Shown here: positions 17,298-25,847 of the stretch, piece after piece
Numbering within the stretch: the first letter of the stretch is position 1
How the letters are laid out: the number at the start of each line of letters is the position of its first letter
Source of the DNA: an uncultured Actinomycetes bacterium
GTDB taxonomy: Bacteria > Actinomycetota > Acidimicrobiia > Acidimicrobiales > RAAP-2
DNA length: 64,000 bases
Assembly: GCA_963773635.1 (NCBI GenBank)
Contig: CAVZBW010000007.1
Span: 964 to 64,963 of the forward strand
Direction: 5' to 3'
Made by a program: the position numbers and the translations under genes
Notes under the pieces: generated by a model
Told to the model about the DNA's origin: nothing
The model's database searches: none
The model's input: the letters and a program-made list of their open reading frames with translations, nothing else

Positions 17298-19586
17298 TCA
17301 GTCGCTGTGCAGCGCGGCCCGGATCTCCTCCAGAGGGTCGGAGCCCAGTGCGGGCGTCTCAAAGACGACCTCCCGGATCGTGCCGCGCCACGTCGCCGGC
17401 GGCTCGTAGCGCCGAGAGACCGGGAACCAGGTGTCGTATCCGATGCGCAACAGCGCCCCACCGTGCTGGAGCGCGATCGACAGCGGCCACGGCACGGGGG
17501 CCGAGCCGACCAGCTCCGTGCCGTGCCGGAGGGTGAACTCGCCACCCTGCCCGGTCGGGGTGAACACGACCGACAGCAGCTGGGGGCCTCCCGGCACGGG
17601 CTCTTCGCCTCGCACCTCGGTCGTAAAGGCGGGGTTGGCGGCGCAAAAGACCAGTCGGCCCTCGTCGACGAAGAGGGCATAGCCGCCGTTCCAGTCGCCC
17701 ATGGCGAAGAGGACGCCATCGGCGCCTCCGCCTGCACCGTCCACCGGCACGTCGACGTCGGCCGTGGCCCGGAACCCACCGACGAGGAAGGGGATCACCT
17801 CGTCGTGGATCGGGCCCCCGCCGGGTCGGAAGCTGCGGCGGGTCCCCGGTGGGTAGAGCGGCGGGATCATGGCCGTGAACCGGCCGATGAGGGAGTCGTC
17901 GATCGGTACGACGAGGTTCCTGCCGGCCTCGATGAGCCATTGCTCCTGCAGCCGGCGTACGACCTCGGGCCGCTCGGACGATCGATCGGTGGACTCGGAG
18001 AAGTCCTCTTGGAGGTCGAACAGGGACCAGTGGTCCTCGTCGAAGTTACGGCTCCCCGTCATGACGGCCTCCTCGTCGAGGATCCCCTGGGAGACGTGGT
18101 CGGTGGTCGCCTTCCAGCCGCCGTGGATGATGGACCGGGAGCCGAACATCTCGAAGTACTGCGTGGTGCGTGGATCCGGCGCTTCGGCGTCGTCGAAGGT
18201 GTCCCGCAGGCTCGAGCCGTCGACGGGGAGCTGGCGCGCGCCATCGACCTCGTCGGGCACGGGGACTCCGCAGGCGTCGAGGACCGTCGGGTAGAGGTCG
18301 ATCACGTGGGCGAGTTGCCGGCGCACCTCGCCGCTCGCGCCCATGCCGGCGGGCCAGTGGACGATGAGGGGGGTCCGGGTGCCGCCGAGCCAGGTGTAGC
18401 GCTTCCAGAGCCGCAGCGGCGTGTTGCCGGCCCACGCCCATCCCCACGAGTAGTGGTTGTAGGTGCTGAAGCCGCCCCAGTCGTCGAGCGCGGCGAGGTT
18501 GTCCTCGACCGACTCGGGGACGCGCGCCGTGAAGCGGTGCTCGTTCACGCTGCCCTTGATGCCACCTTCGGCACTTGCCCCGTTGTCGGAAAAGAGCAGC
18601 ACGAGCGTGTTGTCGAGCTTCCCGATCTGGTCCAGGAACGAGATGAGGCGGCCGACCTGGGCGTCGGTGTGGGTAAGGAAGCCGGCGAAAACCTCCTGCA
18701 TCCGGGCGTGCATGCGGCGTTCGTCGGCCGGAAGGGCAGACCACTCGGGGACCCAGGGTGGTCTGGGGGTGAGCGCCGTGCCTTGCGGGACCACGCCGCC
18801 GTCGAGCTGGCGGCCAAAGACGCCCTCCCGCCAAGACTCCCAGCCCTCGTCGTATCTGCCGCGGTAGGGCTCGACCCATTGGGGGGGGACGTGGTGGGGC
18901 GCGTGCATCGCCCCAAAGGCCAGGTAGAGGAAGAAGGGCTTGTCCGGTGCGGCGTGGTGCTGGTCGAGCACGCCCCGGATCGCCCGGTCCACGAGATCCT
19001 CGCTCAGGTGGTAGCCGTCGTGCGGAGACCGGGGCGGGTCGACGTAGTGGTTGTCGGACACGAGGTTCGGCGCCCACTGGTTGGCGTCACCTTGGAGGAA
19101 GCCGTAGTAGCGCTCGAAGCCGAGCCCGAGCGGCCAGTAGTCGAACGGCCCCGCTGCCGAGCGGTGGTTGCGGGGCACGAGATGCCACTTTCCGACGGCC
19201 AGCGTCCCGTACCCCGCGTCGCGCAGGATCCGGGGCAAGGTGGCGGCGGTCTTGGGGATCCGGGCCGTGTAGCCGGGATAGGCCATGGGGATGTCGGCGA
19301 GGAATCCCATGCCGACCGCGTGATGGTTGCGCCCGGTGAGAAAGCTCGCTCGGGTCGGCGAGCACAACGAGGTGACGTGGAAGCGGTTGTAGCGGAGTCC
19401 ACCCGACGCGAGGCCGTCCATGTGGGGAGTGGAGATGTCGGAGCCGAAGCAACCGAGCTGGGCGAACCCGGTGTCGTCGAGGACGATGGCGACCACGTTG
19501 GGCGCGCCGGATGGCGGGCGCGGCTCCAGCGGGACCACGGTGGTCGATTCCGCCGCCCTCAGGCCGAGCCTTGGTGTCTGTCCCAC
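17298..19586 (-). CDS. arylsulfatase (formylglycine-dependent, Cys-type)
   Basis: NVVAIVLDDTGF ... SLCSPTRASFLTGR (CxPxR motif). GTG at 19586 is preceded by GAGGAGG at 7-nt spacing and is preferred over the ORF-track start at 19730. Confidence 0.85.
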   Translation of the reverse strand: MGQTPRLGLRAAESTTVVPLEPRPPSGAPNVVAIVLDDTGFAQLGCFGSDISTPHMDGLASGGLRYNRFHVTSLCSPTRASFLTGRNHHAVGMGFLADIPMAYPGYTARIPKTAATLPRILRDAGYGTLAVGKWHLVPRNHRSAAGPFDYWPLGLGFERYYGFLQGDANQWAPNLVSDNHYVDPPRSPHDGYHLSEDLVDRAIRGVLDQHHAAPDKPFFLYLAFGAMHAPHHVPPQWVEPYRGRYDEGWESWREGVFGRQLDGGVVPQGTALTPRPPWVPEWSALPADERRMHARMQEVFAGFLTHTDAQVGRLISFLDQIGKLDNTLVLLFSDNGASAEGGIKGSVNEHRFTARVPESVEDNLAALDDWGGFSTYNHYSWGWAWAGNTPLRLWKRYTWLGGTRTPLIVHWPAGMGASGEVRRQLAHVIDLYPTVLDACGVPVPDEVDGARQLPVDGSSLRDTFDDAEAPDPRTTQYFEMFGSRSIIHGGWKATTDHVSQGILDEEAVMTGSRNFDEDHWSLFDLQEDFSESTDRSSERPEVVRRLQEQWLIEAGRNLVVPIDDSLIGRFTAMIPPLYPPGTRRSFRPGGGPIHDEVIPFLVGGFRATADVDVPVDGAGGGADGVLFAMGDWNGGYALFVDEGRLVFCAANPAFTTEVRGEEPVPGGPQLLSVVFTPTGQGGEFTLRHGTELVGSAPVPWPLSIALQHGGALLRIGYDTWFPVSRRYEPPATWRGTIREVVFETPALGSDPLEEIRAALHSD

Positions 19587-19710
19587 AACGTGTCCTCCTC
19601 CGGCAAGCGGTCCGACGTGCGGACCGCCGCCGCAGGCTACGACGTCACGACCGCCGTTGTCCGATCCACCTCTCCGTCCACTACGGTGGTTTCGAGTCGC
19701 GGAGGTAACC

Positions 19711-19866
19711 ATGTTGCTGATCCTGTTCATCCTGCTGTTGGCGTTGCTCTTCGTTGGACTGGGCTTCGTGGTCCATCTGCTGTGGATCGCGGCGATCGTC
19801 TTCTTCGTCTTCTGGTTGGTCGGCTTCGCCTTCCGTCGCGGCAGCCGCTCGGGTAGCCGTCGCTGA
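19711..19866 (+). CDS. small hydrophobic membrane protein (lmo0937-like, 51 aa)
   Basis: MLLILFILLLALLFVGLGFVVHLLWIAAIVFFVFWLVGFAFRRGSRSGSRR. GGAGG lies 6 nt upstream of the ATG. Two predicted TM helices and a basic tail. Confidence 0.55.
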   Translation: MLLILFILLLALLFVGLGFVVHLLWIAAIVFFVFWLVGFAFRRGSRSGSRR

Positions 19867-19876
19867 ACCTCTGATC

Positions 19877-20491
19877 GTGTCCCGCGTACAGCCGGCCCCG
19901 AGCCGCGTGGTCGTGCTCGGGCCGCCCGGTTCGGGCAAGAGCACCCAGGCTTCCCGGGTCGCCGAGGCCCTGCACGTGCCGCACCTGTCCAGCGGCGACC
20001 TCCTCCGGAGGGAGGTCGAGGCCGGCACGCCCCTCGGTCGGCGGGTCGAGGACGGCCTCGCCCGCGGCGAGCTCTTGCCCGACGACCTGATCACCGACTT
20101 CGTCCTCCACCGGTTGACGGAGCTCGGCGCGGACCCCGGCTTCGTCCTCGACGGGTTCCCGCGCAGCGTCCCGCAGGCTCAGGCGGCCGCACGGTGGGAC
20201 CGGTCGCGCAACTTGTGGTTCGAAACGGTCGTCTGGCTCGAGGTGGCACACGACGAGCTCGTCCAGCGGCTTCTCGAGCGCGGCCGGAGTGCCGAGAGGG
20301 CGGACGACACGTACGAGACGATCCTGCACCGCCTCGAGCTCGACGACGAGGTCACCGAGCCGCTCAAGCGGCTCTACCGGGACCTGGGCCTCCTGGTGGA
20401 CGTCGACGGATCGGGCGACCTGGGGGACGTCACGGAGCGCGTCCTCACGACCCTGACCGAGGCGGACCCGGCATGGAGCCAGGAGGCCTGA
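19877..20491 (+). CDS. adk: adenylate kinase (short, lid-less type), not in a ribosomal-protein context
   Basis: P-loop VVVLGPPGSGKSTQ, then LSSGDLLR and FVLDGFPR. GTG at 19877 follows directly after the small-ORF stop. Confidence 0.75.
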   Translation: MSRVQPAPSRVVVLGPPGSGKSTQASRVAEALHVPHLSSGDLLRREVEAGTPLGRRVEDGLARGELLPDDLITDFVLHRLTELGADPGFVLDGFPRSVPQAQAAARWDRSRNLWFETVVWLEVAHDELVQRLLERGRSAERADDTYETILHRLELDDEVTEPLKRLYRDLGLLVDVDGSGDLGDVTERVLTTLTEADPAWSQEA

Positions 20492-20513
20492 GGAGCGGTC
20501 CCCAGCGAGGACC

Positions 20514-20527
20514 ATAGTGGTTGCTAG
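20514..20527 (+). promoter_or_regulatory. operator-like motif copy 1 (ATAGTGGTTGCTAG)
   Basis: AT-rich 14-mer 25 nt upstream of the CoA-transferase GTG. Shares ATAGTGG-N4-TA with sites at 24210 and 24924. Confidence 0.45.
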
Positions 20528-20551
20528 GCGGTAGTTGGTAGGCTCTGTCCG

Positions 20552-23065
20552 GTGGCGGGGGTCTTCGACGGCGTACGTGTGCTCGATCTCTCCTGGGGGA
20601 TCTCCGGCCCGATGACCACGATGCTCCTCGCCGACAACGGCGCGGAGGTCACGAGGATCGAGCCCCCGGGTGGCGATCCCTTTGCCGGGCAGTCGGGATA
20701 CCGGGTCTGGCACCGCGGCAAGCGCAGCGCCCGCCTCGATCTTCGCTCCGAGGCCGGTCTCGCGGCCTTCCTCGGGCTGGCCGAGCGCTGCGACCTCGTC
20801 GTGGAGAGCTTCGCGCCGGGCACCACCGAGCGTCTGGGGATCGACCACCCCCGCCTGGCCGGGATCAACCCCCGCCTCGTCACCTGCTCGATCTCCGGCT
20901 ACGGAGCGCATCCCCGGCACCGGGACCGGCCCGGATACGACGCCCTCGTGGCGGCTCGGACCGGGCTCCTCTACGACCAGCGCGGCCGGCCCGGCACGGC
21001 GATGGAGTACATCCGCGGTCGGCCGGGCCCGCATCCGGAGTTCGGTGCGCCCGAGGGGTTGCAGCGGGGCACGTCGCGGCCGGGCCCGATCTTCCCCCGT
21101 TCCACGTGGCCCAGCCTCGGGGCGGCCTACCTGGCCACGCTCGGCGTCACCGCGGCATTGGCCGCTCGCGAGACGACGGGCCGCGGCCAGCGCGTCGAGA
21201 CGTCGCTGCTCCAGGGGGCCCTCGCTGCGGTCTGTCTCAACTGGCAGAGGGTCGAGGACCCCGACGCCCCCCTGTACTGGATGTGGCCGGTCGATGCGCG
21301 ATCGATCGAGGGCCTCTACGAGTGCGCCGACGGCACGTGGGTGCACCATTGGACGGTGCGCCCGCGCTGGGTGCTCGGCGCCGCAGAAGGGGCAGAAGGG
21401 GCAGAAGGAGCAGAGGGGCCAGAGGGGGCAAAGGGAGGGGAGCTGCGGGCCGAGGCGCCGGAGACCGCCTATCGCGACGACCCGGACCGCTTATCCATGG
21501 AGCCCGAGGGGCTCCTGACGGGGATCTTCCTCCATCCGCTCCTCGCCGAAGCGTTCGCGAAATTCCCCGCCGATGCGTGGGAGAAGGCAGCGGCGGTGTC
21601 CGGCATGGGCGTCGCCCGCGTGCGCTCGCCCCGTGACGCGCTGGCGGACGAGTCCTTCCTCGCCGACGGATGCGTCGTCCGCAGCGACGATCCCGAGGTC
21701 GGTCGGATCCGCCATGCCGGCATGCTCCTCGAGTTCTCGGCGACGCCCGGCCGTGTGGGCGGGCCCGCACCCAGGAGCGGCCAGCACACCGCCGAGGTAT
21801 TGGCGGAGGCGACGGCTTCCGATTCGCCGCCGCGAGCCGCCCGGGCCACGGGTCCTGCTGCGGCGAGGGTGCTGGCCCACCCCCTCGGCGGCATCCGGGT
21901 GGTGGACCTCGGCCTCGGCGTGGCCGGGCCCTTCACCGGCAGGATGCTGGCGGACCTCGGTGCCGACGTCATCAAGGTCCACGCCGTCCACGACACCTAT
22001 TGGGCGGGGACCCACATGGGGCTCGGCACGAACCGGGGCAAGCGGAGCATCGCCGTCAACCTGAAGCACGAGGCGGGACGAGTCGCCCTGATGCGGCTGA
22101 TCGACCGCGCCGACGTCGTGACGACCAACTGGCGGCCCGGGGCGGCTGCCCGCCTCGGGCTGGACTACGAGACGCTCCACGAGCGGCTGCCGGGCCTCGT
22201 CTACTGCAACACCCGGGGCTTCGAGAAGGGACCTCGCTCGGACCTGCCGGGGACCGACCAGACGGCGGCGGCGCTCACCGGCCCCGAGTGGGAGGACGGC
22301 GCCTGCGACGCCGGCAACCCGCCGCTGTGGAGCCGCTCCAACATGGGTGACACGGGCAACGCCCTGTTCGCCGCCATCGCCATCGTCGCGGCGCTGTACC
22401 ACCGTGCCCGGACGGGGGAGGGCCAGTCCGTCGCCACCTCGATCGTCAACGCCGGCATCTTCAACACCTCGTACGCCTGGATCCACGAGGACGGCACCCC
22501 GGCCGACTGGGGTCACGTCGACGGCGGTCAGTACGGCCTGTCCCCGTACTACCGCCTCTACCGGTGCGCGGACGAGGGCTGGCTGTTTCTCGCCGCGGTC
22601 ACGCCGGGTCAACGCGTCCGGCTCGCCGAGGCGATCTCGGGTGGCCCGAGCCCGGCGGGCTCCGATCCCGGGGGGCCCATCTCCGAGGGAATGGGTGCCG
22701 ATGCGGCCGTCACGCTCGAGCGGCGTTTCGGCGAACGCCCGGCCTCGGAGTGGTTCGAGATCCTGGACCGGGCCGGCGTCCCGGTGGAGGTCGTCGACGA
22801 GGCCTTCTGCCGGAGCCTCTTCGACGACGACGAGGCCCGAGCCGAGCAGCTGGTGGTCGAGACCCGGGCCGGGGGGGTGGGCCGCTTCGAGGACCCCGGC
22901 CTGCTCCTCAACTTCTCCGAGACGCCGGGGGTCGTGGGGCGTGGCCCGTGCCTGTGCGGCGAGCACAGCCGCGAGCTGCTGCGCGAGCACGGCTACGGCG
23001 ACGACGAGATCGACGAGCTGGTCCGTTCCGGGGTCGTCCTCGACGCCCCGGTCGAGGCCGAGTGA
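20552..23065 (+). CDS. tandem-fused double family III (CaiB/BaiF) CoA-transferase
   Basis: Two CaiB N-terminal signatures in one 837-aa ORF: GVRVLDLSWGISGPMTTMLLADNGAEV (aa ~8) and GIRVVDLGLGVAGPFTGRMLADLGADV (aa ~455). Confidence 0.85.
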   Translation: MAGVFDGVRVLDLSWGISGPMTTMLLADNGAEVTRIEPPGGDPFAGQSGYRVWHRGKRSARLDLRSEAGLAAFLGLAERCDLVVESFAPGTTERLGIDHPRLAGINPRLVTCSISGYGAHPRHRDRPGYDALVAARTGLLYDQRGRPGTAMEYIRGRPGPHPEFGAPEGLQRGTSRPGPIFPRSTWPSLGAAYLATLGVTAALAARETTGRGQRVETSLLQGALAAVCLNWQRVEDPDAPLYWMWPVDARSIEGLYECADGTWVHHWTVRPRWVLGAAEGAEGAEGAEGPEGAKGGELRAEAPETAYRDDPDRLSMEPEGLLTGIFLHPLLAEAFAKFPADAWEKAAAVSGMGVARVRSPRDALADESFLADGCVVRSDDPEVGRIRHAGMLLEFSATPGRVGGPAPRSGQHTAEVLAEATASDSPPRAARATGPAAARVLAHPLGGIRVVDLGLGVAGPFTGRMLADLGADVIKVHAVHDTYWAGTHMGLGTNRGKRSIAVNLKHEAGRVALMRLIDRADVVTTNWRPGAAARLGLDYETLHERLPGLVYCNTRGFEKGPRSDLPGTDQTAAALTGPEWEDGACDAGNPPLWSRSNMGDTGNALFAAIAIVAALYHRARTGEGQSVATSIVNAGIFNTSYAWIHEDGTPADWGHVDGGQYGLSPYYRLYRCADEGWLFLAAVTPGQRVRLAEAISGGPSPAGSDPGGPISEGMGADAAVTLERRFGERPASEWFEILDRAGVPVEVVDEAFCRSLFDDDEARAEQLVVETRAGGVGRFEDPGLLLNFSETPGVVGRGPCLCGEHSRELLREHGYGDDEIDELVRSGVVLDAPVEAE
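21383..21436 (+). repeat. in-frame 9-nt purine-rich microsatellite (gcagaaggg x about 6) encoding AEGAEGAEGAEGPEGAKG
   Basis: Direct reading of 21383..21436 inside the first CaiB module. Confidence 0.9.
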
Positions 23066-23089
23066 GACCCCTGCGGGGCCTCCCAGGGC

Positions 23090-24166
23090 TCAGAGGCCCC
23101 AGACGCGGGCTGCGTTTCCCGACAAGATGAGCTGGCGCTCGTCGTCGGGAACGGTCGCAAACTGCTCCTCGACGATCTTGCGGGAGTTGGGCCAGCTCGT
23201 GACGGGGTGGGGGAAGTCGGTCGACCACAAGATGTTCTCGGGGCCGAGCACGTCCCGGACCCGGTGCAGCCCGAGGACCTCGTCGATGAAGGTCAGGTGG
23301 ACGTTGCGGTGGAAGTAGTAGCTGGGTAGCTGCGAGATGGCCGGGTAGACGTAACCCTGCCGGGTGACCATGTCGTCGACGGTGTCGAGCCACCACGCCA
23401 CCCAGGTGAGCCCGGGCTCCACGAAGACCAGCTTCAACCGGGGGAAGCGCTCGAGGACGCCCCCCATGATCCACATGCCGAAGGCCTCGGCGGTCATGAG
23501 CGGGGTGAGGGGGATCATGACGCCTCCGCTCGGCGTGGGGTCACGCTTGGCGAGGTCGTCCAGGCTCGTGTTGAGGCCGATGTGGCAGCAGACGGGCAGC
23601 TCGGCCTCCTCGATCCGGGCGAACAGGGGCGCGTAGCGCTCCTCCCAGTAGTCGGCCTGTCCGAGCTCGTTCGGGAACACGGGAAGCTGCAGCGACTTGG
23701 CGCCCAGGGCGACAACCCGCTCCACCTCGGCGACGGCGGCGTCCATGTCGTGGATCGGGATCTGGTAGGAGACGACCAGCCTCTTGGGATCGGCCTGCGC
23801 GAACTCGAACAACGCGTCGTTGAAGGCCCGCATCGCCTCCCACGCCGCGCCCTGCACGTCGGCCAGGTATCGAAAGGCGCTGACCTCGCAGTAGAGGACC
23901 TCCGCCTCGACCCCGTCGGCGTCCATGTCCTTGAGCCGCTCGACCGGGTCCCAGTACCCGGGGCGGGTAAAGGCCGCGTTCTTGACGTTGACGGCGTTTT
24001 GCACGGTCCCCGCTCGGTTGGCCCTCCCCGCCCCCCGGCCCATCTTGGCCTCGAAGGAGTCGACCGCCGAGTCGTAGGCCTCGTGGTGGCAGCCGGCCAG
24101 GTGCCGCTTCACCTGCTCGTGGGAGATCTTGACGTGCGAGTCAGCGGAGATCAATCGCTCGGTCAT
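23090..24166 (-). CDS. amidohydrolase family protein (amidohydrolase_2 / ACMSD-like)
   Basis: ISADSHV metal-binding start and WSTDFPH near the C-terminus. ATG at 24166 has GGAGG 8 nt upstream. Confidence 0.8.
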   Translation of the reverse strand: MTERLISADSHVKISHEQVKRHLAGCHHEAYDSAVDSFEAKMGRGAGRANRAGTVQNAVNVKNAAFTRPGYWDPVERLKDMDADGVEAEVLYCEVSAFRYLADVQGAAWEAMRAFNDALFEFAQADPKRLVVSYQIPIHDMDAAVAEVERVVALGAKSLQLPVFPNELGQADYWEERYAPLFARIEEAELPVCCHIGLNTSLDDLAKRDPTPSGGVMIPLTPLMTAEAFGMWIMGGVLERFPRLKLVFVEPGLTWVAWWLDTVDDMVTRQGYVYPAISQLPSYYFHRNVHLTFIDEVLGLHRVRDVLGPENILWSTDFPHPVTSWPNSRKIVEEQFATVPDDERQLILSGNAARVWGL

Positions 24167-24209
24167 CGGCTCGCCTCCCCTTGTCCACGGCACCGGCCGT
24201 CAGCTCGCC

Positions 24210-24223
24210 ATACTAACCACTAT
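24210..24223. promoter_or_regulatory. operator-like motif copy 2 (ATACTAACCACTAT)
   Basis: 44 nt upstream of the amidohydrolase ATG, overlapping the TetR stop codon. Its reverse complement ATAGTGGTTAGTAT is near-palindromic. Confidence 0.45.
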
Positions 24224-24911
24224 GCAGGCCTCGCGACGGGTCCGGCGGGGGGGCCAGCTCCGCCTCGACGAGGAGGGTCAGTGCCCGGACCATGGCCCGG
24301 CGCGAGGGGTCCGTTCCGCCGGGCCCCGGCAGGCGAGCCCGAGTCGAGGAGCTGGGAATGGCGTCGCTCACCACCTCGCCGATGGCGAGGCCCCGCATGA
24401 TGTCGAACAACGACGGCGCCAGGTCCGCGGGGGCTTCGGCCCCCGCAAAGACCTGCGCCACGAGGCGCCGCCATCCGGATGCCGCCGTCCGGTCGAGGCG
24501 CTCCAGGACCTGCACCGTCCGCTCTGCCGTGCGGGGGTCCCGGCCCAAGTTGAGCAGGATCTGGACGGAGGCGAGGAAGTCGGGCTGGCGGTAGTGGGAC
24601 CAGATGACCTCCGCCAGCGACTCGAGGCGCTCGGAGATGTCCGAGCCGGTGACCGAGGCGCCGGTCAGGGTCTCGCCGAGGCGCCGGGAGGACCGTTCGA
24701 ACACGGCGAGCAGCAGGCCCTCTCGGGTCGCGAAGTGGTGTTGGATCACCCCCCAGCTGACGCCCGCCGAGGCGGCGATCCGGTTGGAGCTGGCCCGGTA
24801 GAAGCCCTCCTCGAGGATGCACCGGACGGCCGCATCGAGAACTCGCTCGCGGGTGGTCGGCGAGTCCTGCCCGCCCCCCGGCGCCGAAACAAGGCTCGGT
24901 CTCTCCGACAT
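24213..24911 (-). CDS. TetR/AcrR family transcriptional regulator
   Basis: ATG at 24911. HTH region RERVLDAAVRCILEEGFYRASSNRIAASAGVSWGVIQHHF. Confidence 0.85.
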   Translation of the reverse strand: MSERPSLVSAPGGGQDSPTTRERVLDAAVRCILEEGFYRASSNRIAASAGVSWGVIQHHFATREGLLLAVFERSSRRLGETLTGASVTGSDISERLESLAEVIWSHYRQPDFLASVQILLNLGRDPRTAERTVQVLERLDRTAASGWRRLVAQVFAGAEAPADLAPSLFDIMRGLAIGEVVSDAIPSSSTRARLPGPGGTDPSRRAMVRALTLLVEAELAPPPDPSRGLHSG

Positions 24912-24923
24912 GCCGGGCGCAGC

Positions 24924-24937
24924 ATAGTTTCCACTAT
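24924..24937. promoter_or_regulatory. operator-like motif copy 3 (ATAGTTTCCACTAT, 5-bp palindromic arms)
   Basis: Lies in the 65-nt divergent TetR/SDR intergenic region. Arms are ATAGT and ACTAT. Confidence 0.5.
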
Positions 24938-24976
24938 CGTGCGCGACGCCCGGAGCCTCGACGCGACAGGAGACCG

Positions 24977-25837
24977 GTGATGTCGACCCAGACGCCCGAC
25001 AACGTGCCCGCCATCCCACGCTGGGACCGGCTCCTCGAGGACCGGGTGGCGGTCGTGACGGGGGGCGGGGACGGCATCGGCGGTGCCATCTCCCGGCTCT
25101 TCGCCGAGCACGGCGCGCAGGTGGAGATCGCCGAGATCGATCCCGCCCGCGCCGAGCGCTGCGCCGGAGAAATCGAGGCGGCCGGAGGCACGGCCCGGGC
25201 ACACGTGGTCGACGTGCGGCGCGCCGAGGACGTCTCCCGCCTCGCCGAGGCGGTGCTCGGCGACCGCGGTCGTGTCGACGTCGTCGTGAACAACGTCGGG
25301 GACTACCGGCCGCTCGTGCGTTTCTCCGAGTCCACGCCCGACAGCTGGCGCGAGATGTACGAGATCAACCTGCATCACGTCTATCTGGTGACGCGCGCCT
25401 TCCTCGGGGCGATGATCGACCAGGGGAAGGGTTCGATCGTGAACGTGCACTCGGTGGAGGGGATGCGCGGCTACCCCGGAGACCCGGTGTACGGATCGCT
25501 CAAGGCGGCGGTGGCCCACTTCACGACCTGCCTGGCCGTCTCCTACGGCCGCAAGGGCATCCGGGCGAACGGGATCGGGACCGACCTCACCCACACGCCG
25601 CAGGTCGACTACCTCACCGGATCCGAGGACCGGGAGGACCTCTGGGCTTCGTGGGCTCCCGTGGGTCGGGTGGGCTGGCCCGAGGACCAGGCCCGGGTGG
25701 CGCTCTTCTTGGCCTCGGATCTGTCGGCCTTTGTCACCGGCCACAACATCCCGGCCGACGGAGGGAGCAAGGCGGGAGGCGGCTGGTTCTACTCGCCGAG
25801 CGCCGGCCGGTTCGTCAACCGGCCACGCGATCTCTGA
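24977..25837 (+). CDS. SDR-family oxidoreductase
   Basis: VAVVTGGGDGIGGAI (TGxxxGxG), NNVG and YGSLKAA (YxxxK). Confidence 0.85.
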   Translation: MMSTQTPDNVPAIPRWDRLLEDRVAVVTGGGDGIGGAISRLFAEHGAQVEIAEIDPARAERCAGEIEAAGGTARAHVVDVRRAEDVSRLAEAVLGDRGRVDVVVNNVGDYRPLVRFSESTPDSWREMYEINLHHVYLVTRAFLGAMIDQGKGSIVNVHSVEGMRGYPGDPVYGSLKAAVAHFTTCLAVSYGRKGIRANGIGTDLTHTPQVDYLTGSEDREDLWASWAPVGRVGWPEDQARVALFLASDLSAFVTGHNIPADGGSKAGGGWFYSPSAGRFVNRPRDL

Positions 25838-25847
25838 GTACCCGCCG

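Noticed and set aside
19587-19730. ORF-track start (ATG 19730) for the arylsulfatase
   Set aside because: It would overlap the divergent small membrane ORF and add 48 non-conserved residues. GTG 19586 has a near-perfect GAGGAGG RBS and lies about 30 aa before the conserved NVVAIVLDD block.
16767-19856. 1029-aa plus-strand ORF, the longest non-nrdJ ORF in the track
   Set aside because: It runs antisense to the well-supported arylsulfatase and in a wrong frame across most of the plus-strand panE-like gene. The translation is Arg/Gly/Pro-rich and has no recognisable domain.
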